NCBI GenBank assembly: GCA_003249555.1
Contig: QKIQ01000067.1
Coordinates: forward strand, 27,835-91,834
Direction of reading: 5' to 3'
Length of the DNA stretch: 64,000 nt
Source of the DNA: Clostridia bacterium
GTDB lineage: Bacteria; Bacillota; Clostridia; Christensenellales; SZUA-584
Shown: piece after piece, positions 38,145 through 49,770 of the stretch
How the letters are laid out: each line of letters begins with the position of its first letter
Numbering within the stretch: the first letter of the stretch is position 1
Translations under genes and position numbers: made by a program
Notes under the pieces: generated by a model
Databases searched by the model: none
The model's input: the letters and a program-made list of their open reading frames with translations, nothing else
What the model was told of the DNA's origin: nothing

Positions 38145-38522
38145 ATGCCGGGGAAGATTTTGATAGTTGACGACTCATTATTGATCAGAAAAGTGACGAC
38201 TCAGATTTACTCAAAGCAGGGATACGTAACAGTTGAAGCAACAGATGGGCGAGAAGCGCTGAAGATTCTCGATGAATCATTTAAGGATATTATGCTTATT
38301 ATTACCGACTGGAACATGCCGAATATGAACGGTTACGAGCTGCTTGTGCAAATCAAGAAAAACAAGAAGCTGTGTCATATTCCGATCATCGTTGCGACAA
38401 CAGAGACGGAGAAAGGAAGCATTAACAAGGCCTTAAAAGCCGGGGCTGCAGACTATATAATAAAGCCCTTCAGTGCGCATGAACTGCTAAAAACCACCGC
38501 GAACTATATTATCACACAATAA
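38145..38522 (+). CDS. Single-domain CheY-like response regulator
   Basis: ILIVDDS, TDWNMPNMNG, T, KPF. Confidence 0.92.
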   Translation: MPGKILIVDDSLLIRKVTTQIYSKQGYVTVEATDGREALKILDESFKDIMLIITDWNMPNMNGYELLVQIKKNKKLCHIPIIVATTETEKGSINKALKAGAADYIIKPFSAHELLKTTANYIITQ

Positions 38523-38656
38523 TCAAAGTATCATGGCTGGGGTGTAGAGAACACCGCGGCTGATTCACTGTTCATACTGTAATGATAAAAAAATAAAATA
38601 TCACGGTTTTTCAGTCACTAACGCCAAAAAGGCAGTTCGAAAACAGTTGGGTTTAT

Positions 38657-39559
38657 CTATCCCTCCATCGGCTTGATAACGGGAGAGGGCTGTGCGTTGA
38701 ACACGGTGGAATAAGGCGGAGCGGAATGCGTGAGCCAAACGTTGCCGCCAATGACCGAATCGTGACCAATCCGCGTGTCGCCGCCGAGTATTGTGGCACC
38801 CGCATAAATCACCACGTTGTCCTCGATATCCGGGTGACGTTTGATGCCCTTGATGGGGTTGCCGTTCTCATCGAGCGGAAAGCTTTTCGCGCCGAGCGTC
38901 ACGCCCTGATACAGTTTAACGTTGTTGCCGATGGTGCACGTTTCGCCGATAACGACACCCGTGCCGTGGTCAATGAAAAAGCGGCGGCCTATGGTCGCGC
39001 CCGGATGAATGTCGATGCCTGTATTGCGGTGCGCGTATTCGGTCATAATGCGCGGTAGTATGGGTACGCCGCATGTGTAGATGTGATGCGCGATACGGAA
39101 AATGCTCATGGCCTCCAGTGACGGATAGCTCAGCATGATCTCTTCGCTGGATTTGGCGGCAGGGTCGCCTTCGAATGCGGCCTCGATGTCGTCACCAAGC
39201 AGGCTGCGGATGGCGGGCAGTCCTTCGAGAATACGGATGGTGAGACGCTCTGCGCGGCAGAGACAATCGGCATCGTTTTCGTCTTCGCAGGTGTGCCTTA
39301 ATACACCGTGTATAAGGTCGCAAAGCTGCATCGCCGTGCTGCAAAGCTGTGTAGCCATCACGGCATTCAGACGTGTGCGGTTGACAGGCTGGCGCTCAAA
39401 TATGCCCGGCAGTATTAAAGACCGAAGGCTCTTTAATATATCGATGACCTGCGTACGCGTCGCGAAGCCCAGCACATCATTGTGGTGCAAGTTGTCTTCG
39501 TTAAGCTGCGTAAGCTGTGCCGCGACGGTGTTGCCTGCAAGCCATTCATTGAGTGTCAT
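38657..39559 (-). CDS. cysE: Serine O-acetyltransferase (EpsC-type long form)
   Basis: [30 protein letters not shown]; start 39559 after RBS. Confidence 0.9.
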   Translation of the reverse strand: MTLNEWLAGNTVAAQLTQLNEDNLHHNDVLGFATRTQVIDILKSLRSLILPGIFERQPVNRTRLNAVMATQLCSTAMQLCDLIHGVLRHTCEDENDADCLCRAERLTIRILEGLPAIRSLLGDDIEAAFEGDPAAKSSEEIMLSYPSLEAMSIFRIAHHIYTCGVPILPRIMTEYAHRNTGIDIHPGATIGRRFFIDHGTGVVIGETCTIGNNVKLYQGVTLGAKSFPLDENGNPIKGIKRHPDIEDNVVIYAGATILGGDTRIGHDSVIGGNVWLTHSAPPYSTVFNAQPSPVIKPMEG

Positions 39560-39989
39560 TTGCTTCTGCCCCCTTATTATACTCATTCGCGATATCCGCA
39601 ATTGTGATGCGGTCCAGTGTGTCGTTAATCTCATGTGCGATTTTGAGCCAGAGCGTGCGTGTAATGCAGCCTTTATAGGTCCTGCAGTCTTTAGTCGATT
39701 CATCGCCCAGACAGCATTGAGTGGGCGCAAGGTCTCCCTCGACGGCGCGCACGATCTCGCCGGCTGTAAGGTTTTGCGCCGGACGCGTTAAATAATAACC
39801 GCCCGTCTTGCCGCGCACACCCTTCACAAGCCCGGCGTTTTTGAGAGCAAAGAAAATCTGCCCCAGATAGCGCGGTTCAATATCTTGTCTTTCGGCAATA
39901 TGCGCGAGGCTCTCATGGCCGTTTTCTGTGTGCATCGCCAGATCGACCACGCTCAGCAACGCATACTGTCCGTTTTTGGAAATCTTCAT
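39546..39989 (-). CDS. Rrf2 family regulator with Cys cluster (IscR-like)
   Basis: YLGQIF, RGKTGGY; CC..C..C. Confidence 0.88.
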   Translation of the reverse strand: MKISKNGQYALLSVVDLAMHTENGHESLAHIAERQDIEPRYLGQIFFALKNAGLVKGVRGKTGGYYLTRPAQNLTAGEIVRAVEGDLAPTQCCLGDESTKDCRTYKGCITRTLWLKIAHEINDTLDRITIADIANEYNKGAEANDTQ

Positions 39990-40260
39990 ACGTGCTCCTT
40001 TACATTCTTGTATTATTATAACTTTTCCTTCTCGCTTTTTACAAGCCCCCGGCTGGCTGATGAGCCGTTTTGCCTATATCCTTTATTTCGCTGCATAATT
40101 GCTTTGAAAACCTGGGCTATTGTTCGGTTGTTGTATTGACAAATTGCATATTTCAATGTATATTTACATTAGCATTAAAACATTACAAAAACAATAGGAA
40201 TATTAATGTATAGTCAAAACCAAAATGGTGAACTTTTGGATAAGTGAGGTGTATGATATA

Positions 40261-41433
40261 ATGAACAAACGAATTTATCTGGATCATGCCGCGACCACAT
40301 ATTTGAGGCAGGAGGCGTTTAGTGCCATGATGCCTTACCTTGGCGAGATTTACGGCAATCCATCTAGCATACATGCATTTGGTTTTGAAGCAAGGCGCGC
40401 GCTCGAAGCGGCGCGTGCGCAGATTGCCGAGGTTCTCGGTGCTAAGACTGAGGAGATCCTTTTCACATCGGGTGGCACCGAATCGGACAACCTTGCGGTT
40501 CGCGGCGCGGCGCAGGCAAAAAAGGGTAAGGGGCGTCATATCATCACCTCGCAAATTGAGCATCCCGCGGTGATGAAAACATGCAGGGCGCTGGAGAAGG
40601 AAGGCTTTGAAGTCACCTATCTGCCTGTCGATCAGGACGGAATCGTGAATTTAGAAGCGCTCAAAGCTGCGCTGCGCGAAGACACCATACTGGTGAGCAT
40701 CATGGCGGCCAATAACGAGATCGGTACTATAGAGCCCATAGAGGAGATCGGGCGCATCGTCAAGGAAAAATCCAAAGTGTATTTTCATGTGGATGCGGTA
40801 CAGGCTGTCGGTGTCATGGATATGTCTCTAGACAGGCTTATAGATGTTGATTTGATGTCGTTCTCCGCCCATAAGTTTTACGGCCCGGCGGGTATCGGCG
40901 GCTTGTTTGTCCGCAAGGGAACGCGCTTAAGCTCGATACTCACCGGTGGGTCGCAGGAGAAGGGCAAACGCGCGGGTACCGAGAATGTGGCGGGCGCGGT
41001 GGGCATGGCGGAGGCGTTAAAGCTTGCGGCGCAGGAGCGAGAGGAAGAAGCCGTAAGGCTTTCAGAGCTGCGCGATCATTTGATCGAGCGCGTACTGGGT
41101 GAGATACCTGATTCCCGGCTTAACGGGCACAGGCAAAAACGTCTGCCCGGCAACGCGAACTTCAGCTTCGATTATATTGAAGGCGAGTCGCTTGTGATGC
41201 GCATGAGCGCATTGGGCATCGCGGGCTCCACAGGCTCTGCGTGTTCGTCGGCCTCGCTGAATCCGTCTCATGTGCTGCTGGCTATCGGCCTTAAGCACGA
41301 GACGGCACACGGTTCATATCGCGTGACGCTGGGGAAAGCGACAACGCGGCAAGATATTGATGACACGGTGGAGGCGCTCAAAAGCGTGGTTAAGGAATTA
41401 CGCGATATGTCGCCGCTCTGCCAGAAAGGATAA
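40261..41433 (+). CDS. iscS: Cysteine desulfurase
   Basis: YLDHAATT, GNPSS, SAHKFYGP, STGSACSS. Confidence 0.95.
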   Translation: MNKRIYLDHAATTYLRQEAFSAMMPYLGEIYGNPSSIHAFGFEARRALEAARAQIAEVLGAKTEEILFTSGGTESDNLAVRGAAQAKKGKGRHIITSQIEHPAVMKTCRALEKEGFEVTYLPVDQDGIVNLEALKAALREDTILVSIMAANNEIGTIEPIEEIGRIVKEKSKVYFHVDAVQAVGVMDMSLDRLIDVDLMSFSAHKFYGPAGIGGLFVRKGTRLSSILTGGSQEKGKRAGTENVAGAVGMAEALKLAAQEREEEAVRLSELRDHLIERVLGEIPDSRLNGHRQKRLPGNANFSFDYIEGESLVMRMSALGIAGSTGSACSSASLNPSHVLLAIGLKHETAHGSYRVTLGKATTRQDIDDTVEALKSVVKELRDMSPLCQKG

Positions 41434-41438
41434 CAGTT

Positions 41439-41816
41439 ATGTATAGTGAAAAAGTGATTGACCATTTCTCTAATCCGCACAACGTGGGCGAGCTGGAAGG
41501 CGCAAACGCCGTCGGCGAGGTGGGCAATGCCCGCTGCGGCGATATTATGCGTATGTATTTAAAGATTGAGGACGATGTGATCAAGGATGCGTCGTTTAAG
41601 ACTTTCGGGTGCTGCGCGGCGATCGCGTCGAGCAGCGTGACAACCGATTTAATAAAGGGCATGACGGTCGACGAAGCGCTCAAGTTTAAGAACGCCACCG
41701 TGGTGGATGCGCTGGGCGGTCTTCCTCCAGCCAAGGTTCACTGCTCTGTGCTCGCCGAGGAGGCCATTAAACAGGCGATTGGTAATTATAAAAAAGGGCA
41801 GGAAACGGCACAATGA
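41439..41816 (+). CDS. iscU: Fe-S scaffold protein
   Basis: YSEKVIDHF, CGD, FKTFGC, KVHCS. Confidence 0.95.
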   Translation: MYSEKVIDHFSNPHNVGELEGANAVGEVGNARCGDIMRMYLKIEDDVIKDASFKTFGCCAAIASSSVTTDLIKGMTVDEALKFKNATVVDALGGLPPAKVHCSVLAEEAIKQAIGNYKKGQETAQ

Positions 41817-42220
41817 AGCTATCGACCAAAGGCCGTTACGGTCTTCGCGCTTTGGCAGACCTTGCGCTTCACTCGGGCGGGCAGCCCGTAGCGCTGGCGG
41901 CTATTGCGAAACGTCAGCATTTGTCTGACGGATATCTGGAAAGCATGTTCGGCGCGCTTCGGCGCGCCGGACTTGTGCGCAGCATTAAAGGCGCGGGCGG
42001 CGGCTATGTCCTCGCGCGCTCGGCATCCGCCATCAGCGTGGGCGAAATTCTGTATGTGCTGGAGGGCGATTTGGCTATCGTTGATGAGGACGGTGAGCAA
42101 ACCGACAGTCTGCGTGGCTGCATCAAACGCTTTGTGTGGGATAATGTGTCCCGAAAAATCAACAATGTTGTGGATACGGTGATGTTGGAAGATTTGATCA
42201 GCCATTGCAAGGCAGACTGA
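41813..42220 (+). CDS. Rrf2 family regulator lacking Fe-S Cys triad (CymR-like)
   Basis: MKLSTKGRYGL, YLE, KGAGGGY. Confidence 0.88.
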   Translation: MKLSTKGRYGLRALADLALHSGGQPVALAAIAKRQHLSDGYLESMFGALRRAGLVRSIKGAGGGYVLARSASAISVGEILYVLEGDLAIVDEDGEQTDSLRGCIKRFVWDNVSRKINNVVDTVMLEDLISHCKAD

Positions 42221-42237
42221 TATAGAAAGGAAACGAT

Positions 42238-43152
42238 ATGCCGATAAAAATACCCGAAAATCTGCCGGCATATGAGGTGCTGAGCAAAGAAAATATATTC
42301 GTGATGACGGACGAGCGTGCGCTGCATCAGGACATTAGACCGCTTCGCATTGTCATACTCAACATCATGCCGGATAAGATCCTTGCGGAAGCGCAGTTGC
42401 TTCGTCTTATCGGCAACACACCGCTTCAGGTAGACCCCGTGCTGCTTAAAACGGCAACGCATAAGTCGAAGAACACATCGCAGGAACACTTGAATACGTT
42501 TTACAAAACGTTTGACGAGATACGCGAGCAAAAATACGACGGACTCATCATCACGGGTGCACCCGTAGAAAAGCTTGAGTTTGAAGAGGTGAGCTATTGG
42601 GAAGAACTCACGGCGATCATGGAATGGAGCAAGGCCAACGTGTTTTCCACGCTGCATATCTGTTGGGGCGCACAGGCCGGACTGTTTTACCACTACAACA
42701 TCCCAAAATACCCGTTGCCCGAAAAGAAGTTCGGTGTGTTTTTGCACACGGCGGATAAAATGCAAAAAAAGATGAAGCTGCTGCGCGGTTTTGATGATAC
42801 GTTCTATGTGCCGCATTCGCGATACACCGAGGTGAGGCGCAAGGATATAATAAAAGACAAACGTCTTAAAATCGTCTCCGAATCCAGAGAATCGGGCATC
42901 TATATCGTATCGGCGCTGGGAGGCAAACAGGTCTTCGTGATGGGACACCCCGAATACGACAGACTGGCGCTGGCGCGCGAATACAGCCGCGATATAAAAA
43001 AGGGGCTGGATATTGCGCTTCCCCAAAACTATTATCCCTGCGACGACCCCAAACTGCAGCCACCCGTGACATGGCGCAGCCACGCGCATCTGCTGTTTGC
43101 CAACTGGCTCAACTACTACGTCTACCAGGAAACGCCTTATATATTGGAATGA
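42238..43152 (+). CDS. metA: Homoserine O-acyltransferase MetA (acetyl-type predicted)
   Basis: [18 protein letters not shown]; GAPVE Glu associated with acetyl-CoA specificity. Confidence 0.94.
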   Translation: MPIKIPENLPAYEVLSKENIFVMTDERALHQDIRPLRIVILNIMPDKILAEAQLLRLIGNTPLQVDPVLLKTATHKSKNTSQEHLNTFYKTFDEIREQKYDGLIITGAPVEKLEFEEVSYWEELTAIMEWSKANVFSTLHICWGAQAGLFYHYNIPKYPLPEKKFGVFLHTADKMQKKMKLLRGFDDTFYVPHSRYTEVRRKDIIKDKRLKIVSESRESGIYIVSALGGKQVFVMGHPEYDRLALAREYSRDIKKGLDIALPQNYYPCDDPKLQPPVTWRSHAHLLFANWLNYYVYQETPYILE

Positions 43153-45491
43153 GTACGAATTGTTTCTTTCTTCACCACATACAAGTTCGACCCGAAATCC
43201 CCGAGCAGCCGTGTGTGCGCGTTGTAATAGCTGCCGACGAACTGGTTACTGAGCCGTATGCCCGCGTTCAGCATGTCCCCGTAGGCTTCGTAATGCTCCA
43301 CGCAGTCGGTAAGGCGGTAAAAGCGACCTGCCGTGCGCAGTACAATGCCGTCGGGATTCAGTGATACGGGCAGTATGTGCTTTGCCAGCCCGCCGAAACG
43401 CTTGATGAAAAGGCTCTGCGGGCGTGTGCTCACTGTATAACGTGCGTCGGGGTCAAGTCCGGTCAGCGGCAGACAGTCGCCCCCTTCGCTCGCGGTGGCC
43501 AGTGTCTGGAAAAAGCCCGCGATCGCTTCGCTCCCGTCGGCGGTGGTGCACTGCCAATGCACCTTGTTGTTCTTTTGCGCGGGGAGTTGTGTGAACCGCC
43601 CGTATTGGAACGTGCGGCGGTGCGCCTTGTAAAACGCGATCTGCTCTTTGATCTCTTTGCGCTCCACATGCGTTAAATACTTCAGATCCATCTCATAACC
43701 AAGACACCCAAAGCACGCCGCGTTGAAGCGTGTGGTCAGCGGTGTGTACCGCAGAGTCTGCTGATGCGGGGCTTCCGAGACATGCGCGCCCATCGTGGAG
43801 AGCGGATACAGGCTTGACAGCCCGCTTTGAATCTTGAGCCGCTCGATGGGGTCGGTGTCGTCAGACGCCCATATCTGCGGCGAAAAACACAGCATGCCAA
43901 GATCGAATCGGTTGCCCCCGCTCGAACAGCTTTCAAGCAGTATATGGGGGCGGGGTCGGAATATGCGCGCCAGTACCTCGTAAAGCCCCAGAATGTAACG
44001 GTGAAAGAATTCGCCTTGGTTTTGGAGCAGCGTCGAAAACGCGTCGCTAATATGACGGTTCATATCCCATTTGACGTAAGAGATCTGCGCTTCGTCGAGT
44101 ATGCGCCCGACGGATTCCACGATATAGTTCCGCACGTCGGGATTGCAAAGGTCGAGTACAAACTGGTTGCGTCCCAATGCGGGTGTTTTGCCGGGCGTGC
44201 GTACCGCGTATTCGGGGTGTGCGCGGTAAAGGTCGCTGTTTTCGTTGACCATTTCGGGCTCGAACCACAGACCGAATGCCATCCCTGTTTTGCGTATTTT
44301 GTCAGCAAAGCGCGGCAGCCCCTGCGGCAGCTTTTTTTTGTTCACCCAATAGTCGCCGAGCCCCGCGAAATCATCGTTCCGTTTGCCGAACCAGCCGTCG
44401 TCCAGCACGAAAAGCTCAATGCCAAGGCGCTGTGCGCGACGCGCCAGACGCAGCAGCTTTCGCTGGTTAAACTTGAAAAAATGAGCTTCCCAGTTGTTGA
44501 TAAGCACAGGGCGCTCTTTGTCTTTCCAGTCGCCGCGCACGATATGGCTGTTCACGAAGTCGTGAAAGTGTGCGCGAAGACCGTTAAACCCGCCGTCTGA
44601 GTATGTCATCACCGCTTCGGGGGTTTCAAACTGTTCGCCCTGATTCAGCGTCCATTCAAAGCAGTGCGGATTGATGCCGATCTGTACACGCACGATATCG
44701 TGACCGGACAGTTCCACAGCACCGTAGTGGTTGCCGCTGTACACAAGGTTAAATCCGTATACGCCGCCGTGTGTGTCCATCGTGTCCGTTTCGGCCAGCA
44801 GAAAGCCCGGGTTGTGACGGTTGCTGCTGGCGCCCGTTGTGGAGGCGTTGATATACAGCCCGTATGCCACGGGGCGTTCATGTCGGTGTGCTTCTTTTAT
44901 CCAGCCGCCGTCGAACGTGATAAGACGATAATTCTTGTTTGGCATATCCATCATCATGCTCATGAGCCGCCGGATGACCAACGGATTTTCGTTGTCGTTC
45001 TTAAGTACCGCGCGGCGTGTGATCACGTCGGTTTGCTCAAATACCGTGTAATAAATCAACAGCGTGACACCGTTGGATGCATCCTCCAGCGTGAGCTCCA
45101 GCGTTTCGCAATCGTCCTTGTCGCTGTAAGCGGATGGCAGCGTATCTATTGGTATCGTCCCTTTAATGACGCGGTGAGAGCGGAAGACAAAATCGCAGGC
45201 GAAGCTGCCGTCCGGCATTTTAAGCTCGGCGGGGGAGTGGCGGTAATCGCCGCGCCCGATGCCCGACCACTCCAGACACATGTTGTCAAGACAGTAGGTT
45301 GGGTCGGATGGATCGTAAACCACGCTGCTGCCGAGCAGAGCGGTGCGTTTGAGTATCAATCCATCGGGATCTTGATTGTGCAGGCGTGCGCCGTAATGAA
45401 TGTGCGCCAGGTGCCCAAAAGCGGTCACGCGGAACCAATAGCTTGTCTCGTTGGTGGTCAGCCGAAACAGACCGTCCTTTTCCTCAATCAT
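43137..45491 (-). CDS. Alpha-galactosidase GH36
   Basis: [42 protein letters not shown]. Confidence 0.95.
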   Translation of the reverse strand: MIEEKDGLFRLTTNETSYWFRVTAFGHLAHIHYGARLHNQDPDGLILKRTALLGSSVVYDPSDPTYCLDNMCLEWSGIGRGDYRHSPAELKMPDGSFACDFVFRSHRVIKGTIPIDTLPSAYSDKDDCETLELTLEDASNGVTLLIYYTVFEQTDVITRRAVLKNDNENPLVIRRLMSMMMDMPNKNYRLITFDGGWIKEAHRHERPVAYGLYINASTTGASSNRHNPGFLLAETDTMDTHGGVYGFNLVYSGNHYGAVELSGHDIVRVQIGINPHCFEWTLNQGEQFETPEAVMTYSDGGFNGLRAHFHDFVNSHIVRGDWKDKERPVLINNWEAHFFKFNQRKLLRLARRAQRLGIELFVLDDGWFGKRNDDFAGLGDYWVNKKKLPQGLPRFADKIRKTGMAFGLWFEPEMVNENSDLYRAHPEYAVRTPGKTPALGRNQFVLDLCNPDVRNYIVESVGRILDEAQISYVKWDMNRHISDAFSTLLQNQGEFFHRYILGLYEVLARIFRPRPHILLESCSSGGNRFDLGMLCFSPQIWASDDTDPIERLKIQSGLSSLYPLSTMGAHVSEAPHQQTLRYTPLTTRFNAACFGCLGYEMDLKYLTHVERKEIKEQIAFYKAHRRTFQYGRFTQLPAQKNNKVHWQCTTADGSEAIAGFFQTLATASEGGDCLPLTGLDPDARYTVSTRPQSLFIKRFGGLAKHILPVSLNPDGIVLRTAGRFYRLTDCVEHYEAYGDMLNAGIRLSNQFVGSYYNAHTRLLGDFGSNLYVVKKETIRTHSNI

Positions 45492-47110
45492 TGGCGGTCT
45501 CCTTTGTCTACGACGACCGCTTCATACGGTGATAATGTGCCGTCATATGTATCACGGGGGTAATTGGACAGCAGCAAAATGCCATCGCAAGGCGCTTTGC
45601 AGGCCTTCTTGCTGAAACTGAGTATCACGCGGTAAATGCGCCCGTCGAGCTCTCGCTCATAGATGAACAGACGGCGCGTGGCGCTGATTAAGCGGAAACT
45701 GCCTAATTTGAGCACGTCGTTGCCCGCGCGCAGCGCGATCATCGTTTTGTAGAAGCTGCGCACCGAATCCGGATCGTTCATCTGTGCTGCCATATTGATA
45801 CGCGTGTAGTTATGGTTGATTGCAAGCCATGGTTTGCCTGTGGTAAAACCGGCGTTTTTTCCTGTGTGCCATTGCATCGGGGTGCGTGCGTTGTCCCGCG
45901 AACTTTTTTTTATCATACGCCAGCGGTAAAATGCGGGGATGTGCAGCTTTTTGGCGAGCTTATTGACATTGTGGGATTCCACGTCTTGGATCTGCTCCAT
46001 GTTTGTATAATCAAAATTCGTCATGCCGATTTCTTGACCTTGGTACACATACGGCGTGCCGCGCAGCGTCATGAGCATGGTGCAAAGCATCTTGGCGGAA
46101 TGCGCCCAGTATTTGTCCGCGTCGCCAAAGCGCGATACGCTCCTTGGCTGATCGTGGTTTTCCAGATAGTTGGCGTTCCATTCCAGTGCCTGCTGCCATT
46201 TTGCGATCGTTTTGACGAACCGTCCCGCATGAAAGCGCCGTTTAAACCATTTGACGATGTATTGATCGGTCTCCATATGTTCAAAAGAGAATATCATGTC
46301 CAGTTCGCCGCGGCTTTTGTCGCACAGGTCTTTGCCCATTTGCGGCGTGACAAATACCGTCTCGCCCACGGCAAAGCAGTCGTATTGGCTTAAGACGTCA
46401 CGGCGAAGCTCCTGCAGTATCTTGTGCGTTCCCGGCTGCGAGATATAATATTCGCTGCCGGTGAGCGCGAGCCGCTTTTTGCCGTCCTCCAGCGACGATT
46501 TGTATATGATGTTGATGACGTCGCAGCGAAAACCCGCGATGCCTTTGTGAAGCCAGAAACGCATGATGCCTTTGATCTCATCAAGCACCTGGGGGTTATC
46601 ATAGTTTAAATCCGGCTGCTCCTTGGCGAAAAGATGCAGATAGTATTCGCCGCTTTTCTTATCGTATTCCCAGCAGTCTTCGGCGAAAAAGCTCGTCCAG
46701 TTGTTGGGAGGTCCGCCGTTTTTGCCCGGACGCCAGATGTAATAATCGCGGTAGGGGCTGTTTTTATCGCGACTCGATTGAAACCATGCGTGTTGATCTG
46801 ACGTGTGGTTGATCACTAGGTCCATCACGAGCTTGATGTCGCGCTTGCCCGCTTCCTGAATCAACGCGTCCATATCCGCCATCGTACCGAATTCGGGGGC
46901 GATATCGCGGTAGTCGCTGATGTCGTAGCCGTTGTCGGCGCCGGGAGAACGGTATACAGGGCTTAGCCAAATGATGCCGACACCTAAGTCTTTGAGCTCA
47001 TCAAGATGCGCAATGATTCCCGGGATATCGCCTATGCCGTCTCCGTTGGTATCCGCAAAACTGCGGGGATAGATCTGATAAACGATGCGTTCTTTCCACC
47101 AGTTTGACAT
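45488..47110 (-). CDS. GH13 alpha-glucosidase/oligo-1,6-glucosidase
   Basis: YQIYPRSF, DLVINHTS, QPDLN, GFRCDV, ENHDQPR. Confidence 0.93.
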   Translation of the reverse strand: MSNWWKERIVYQIYPRSFADTNGDGIGDIPGIIAHLDELKDLGVGIIWLSPVYRSPGADNGYDISDYRDIAPEFGTMADMDALIQEAGKRDIKLVMDLVINHTSDQHAWFQSSRDKNSPYRDYYIWRPGKNGGPPNNWTSFFAEDCWEYDKKSGEYYLHLFAKEQPDLNYDNPQVLDEIKGIMRFWLHKGIAGFRCDVINIIYKSSLEDGKKRLALTGSEYYISQPGTHKILQELRRDVLSQYDCFAVGETVFVTPQMGKDLCDKSRGELDMIFSFEHMETDQYIVKWFKRRFHAGRFVKTIAKWQQALEWNANYLENHDQPRSVSRFGDADKYWAHSAKMLCTMLMTLRGTPYVYQGQEIGMTNFDYTNMEQIQDVESHNVNKLAKKLHIPAFYRWRMIKKSSRDNARTPMQWHTGKNAGFTTGKPWLAINHNYTRINMAAQMNDPDSVRSFYKTMIALRAGNDVLKLGSFRLISATRRLFIYERELDGRIYRVILSFSKKACKAPCDGILLLSNYPRDTYDGTLSPYEAVVVDKGDRQ

Positions 47111-47346
47111 ACCAAAAGTGCCTCCAAAAGCAAATTGTTCTTGGGTGAATGTGTGAAAGTATCTATTAACAATAGTGTAATATAAAGGATGAAATCGTGC
47201 AACGATTGAAGCAGATTTATTTGGAATAGCGAAACAAAAGTTTGCACCTAATAGGTTTTTTTAAGCATCACATATATCTTTTTTACAGTCTTTATTATTG
47301 CGGTGCTGTAAGGTATAATGGCTAAAGATTCATCAAAGGAGATAAC

Positions 47347-48354
47347 GTGGAAGGATATTCAGTGCTGATTCCGGCCTATCAGCCGGATGTAAAGCTTGTG
47401 CAGCTGGTGTCAGATTTACGCCAGAAGGGCATCGCCGTTTCTGTTGTGGATGACGGCGGCGGAGCGGATTACGCGCATATTTTTGAGCAGGTCTTAGAGA
47501 CGGGCGCCTGTGTGCTGTGCCATACGCAGAACAAGGGCAAGGGGGCCGCGCTTAAAACCGGCATTTCGCATCTTATGAAGCAGACGGATGTGGAGGGCAT
47601 CGTGACGGCAGACGCGGACGGTCAGCATACGATTGAGGATATCTGCCTCGTGATGGATACCATGGCGGCGAATCCCGACCATCTTGTGATCGGTGCAAGG
47701 TCATTTGCGGGCGATGTGCCTGCGCGTTCGCGCTTTGGAAACACGCTGACGCGCGGTATTTTCCGGCTTGCAACCGGCCTTAAAGTGACAGATACGCAGA
47801 CGGGATTGCGCGGACTGCCCCGAAAAATATTTTCTGAACTCAGTGTCCTTGAGGGCGACCGATACGAATATGAGATGAACATGCTGCTTAATATTGAGCA
47901 CTGGGGAATCGCATACACCGAAGTGCCCATAGAAACGGTGTACATTGAGGGCAACAAAAGCTCGCATTTTCATCCGCTGCGCGACTCGTGGCTGATATAC
48001 GGCAAGATACTCAAATTTCTCACATCGTCAATGGCGTCATTTGCGGTGGACTATGGTTTGTTCTTTTTGCTGTATACGGCCTTCAAGTTAGAATACTGGT
48101 TTAGCTATGTGCTTGCGCGCGCAGTCAGTTCGTTTGTCAACTACATGATCAACCGCCATATCGTTTTTGCGAACGGGCGAAAAAGCAGTGTGATAAAGTA
48201 TTATCTTCTTGCATTGTTCATAATGGCACTTGGATCAATCGGGGGCGATCTTTTGGCAACGGCGGGCATACCCGGGCTTTTGTCTAAGCTTATTGTTGAC
48301 TTGCCGCTGTTTTTTTTGAGCTATACAGTGCAGCGAAAATACATTTTTAGATAG
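47347..48354 (+). CDS. Bifunctional GT2 glycosyltransferase / GtrA flippase
   Basis: IPAY, VDDG, NKGKG, DADGQH, DTQTGLR; C-term GtrA TMs. Confidence 0.9.
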   Translation: MEGYSVLIPAYQPDVKLVQLVSDLRQKGIAVSVVDDGGGADYAHIFEQVLETGACVLCHTQNKGKGAALKTGISHLMKQTDVEGIVTADADGQHTIEDICLVMDTMAANPDHLVIGARSFAGDVPARSRFGNTLTRGIFRLATGLKVTDTQTGLRGLPRKIFSELSVLEGDRYEYEMNMLLNIEHWGIAYTEVPIETVYIEGNKSSHFHPLRDSWLIYGKILKFLTSSMASFAVDYGLFFLLYTAFKLEYWFSYVLARAVSSFVNYMINRHIVFANGRKSSVIKYYLLALFIMALGSIGGDLLATAGIPGLLSKLIVDLPLFFLSYTVQRKYIFR

Positions 48355-48494
48355 CGATATTTCAATGCTTAAAAAAGAGTATCGAAGTTATTAATGGTTC
48401 CGACAAAAACAAGCAAGAAGTGCACAATGCTTGCAAACGTAAAATGTCTGCAAGCATTGTGAATTTATCATGATTTCTGCTGCTGTTAATAAAA

Positions 48495-49493
48495 CTATGA
48501 AATAAACTCCGATGCCGCTTCAAAGAAAGCGTCGATGTTGTCAAAAGAGGTTTGGCTCGGAATGTCGCAGCCTGATGACAGCACAAAGTTCGGATACGCT
48601 GAGCATTTTGAGATCACATCTTTTGTCACCTCGGCGATGCTCTGGGGCGTACCGTGACGGAACTCAACCGCTGCGTCAATGTTGCCCATTACGATAACGT
48701 CTTTGGGAATCAGTTGTATTATTTTATCCATCACGGTTTCGTTTCCAAAGTGCAGTACTTTTGCGCCGATTTTCACGATATCTTCAATCAGAGGGTCAAC
48801 ATTGCCGCAGTTGTGATACATCACCGTGAATTCTTCGTCCTGCACAGCGTCAACGATCTGTTTGTTGTAGGGTACAGAAAATTCTTGGTTTAGATCCGGA
48901 GAAAGCAGGCCTGCTGCCGGTTCCGCAATGCATACCCCGTCTGCGCCCGCTTCCTTTAGCGCCTTTACATAATCGATCAAAAAAGCAGTAATTTTTTTAA
49001 GTGCCTTTTCTACAGCTTCCGGTTCTATCATGCTCATAATCATTATTTCGGTCATGTCAAACAAACGCCCTGCGAGCGTAAACGGCCCGATAACGCCCGC
49101 GATGGTCGGGCGGTCAGTCACACGCTTTTTTGTTTCTTTCACCGCATCAATATATATCTGTGTACGTGCATCGCCGACTTTGGGAATTTTCAAATTGTCG
49201 ATGTCTTCATCCGTCACAAGAATGCGGTCGGTCACGACCGGAACGTCATCGTCTGTGATTGCCACGGGGCTGCCAAACGCTTCTGCTTCAACAGACAGAT
49301 CCATAAACATAATTGCCGCAGGCATATCGACGCGATCAAGCAGCGCGCGAATGGCCTTGCCCTGCGCAACCGAATTGGTGACCAAATCTTTCATACTGTA
49401 ATCCACAAGCTGAATGGCGGGAAAAGAGAGTATCGGCAACGGTTTTTTTATTTTTGCCGTTTTTATCTCTTCCAGCCATAAATCCATATTCAT
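48495..49493 (-). CDS. Uroporphyrinogen decarboxylase-fold protein (MtaA/CmuA corrinoid methyltransferase-like)
   Basis: DLSVEAEAFG, GPFTLA, HNCG, MGNID, LSSGCD. Confidence 0.82.
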   Translation of the reverse strand: MNMDLWLEEIKTAKIKKPLPILSFPAIQLVDYSMKDLVTNSVAQGKAIRALLDRVDMPAAIMFMDLSVEAEAFGSPVAITDDDVPVVTDRILVTDEDIDNLKIPKVGDARTQIYIDAVKETKKRVTDRPTIAGVIGPFTLAGRLFDMTEIMIMSMIEPEAVEKALKKITAFLIDYVKALKEAGADGVCIAEPAAGLLSPDLNQEFSVPYNKQIVDAVQDEEFTVMYHNCGNVDPLIEDIVKIGAKVLHFGNETVMDKIIQLIPKDVIVMGNIDAAVEFRHGTPQSIAEVTKDVISKCSAYPNFVLSSGCDIPSQTSFDNIDAFFEAASEFIS

Positions 49494-49770
49494 GTTTGCA
49501 TCATTTGTATTGCTTCAGACCAACAATACTTTCCTCTCTTTTTTGAACATAGTATATCCAGCCGTTATTTGTTATGTATTGTAAAATTTTATTTTGTATA
49601 TAAATACTTTTTTCCTTTGGGAGAAAGATTGAAAAACAATGCAAGTAGAATTTACGAGCAAAACCGCTCATCAAGAATTTCAGAAGCTGTGCTAAATATT
49701 TTCAACACATCCCGAATAATATCGGATAAGAGACGAATGAATAAAATTAATTACATAAAAAGAATGAGGA

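Noticed and set aside
39560-39730. Long N-terminus of serine acetyltransferase
   Set aside because: Lies within the Rrf2 gene; the RBS supports 39559.
43137-43152. Convergent 3' overlap of metA and GH36
   Set aside because: A 16-nt tail overlap is commonplace.
47198-47210. LacI/cre-like operator upstream of GH13-GH36
   Set aside because: Imperfect single site (TGCAACGATTGAA) with no regulator nearby; too weak.
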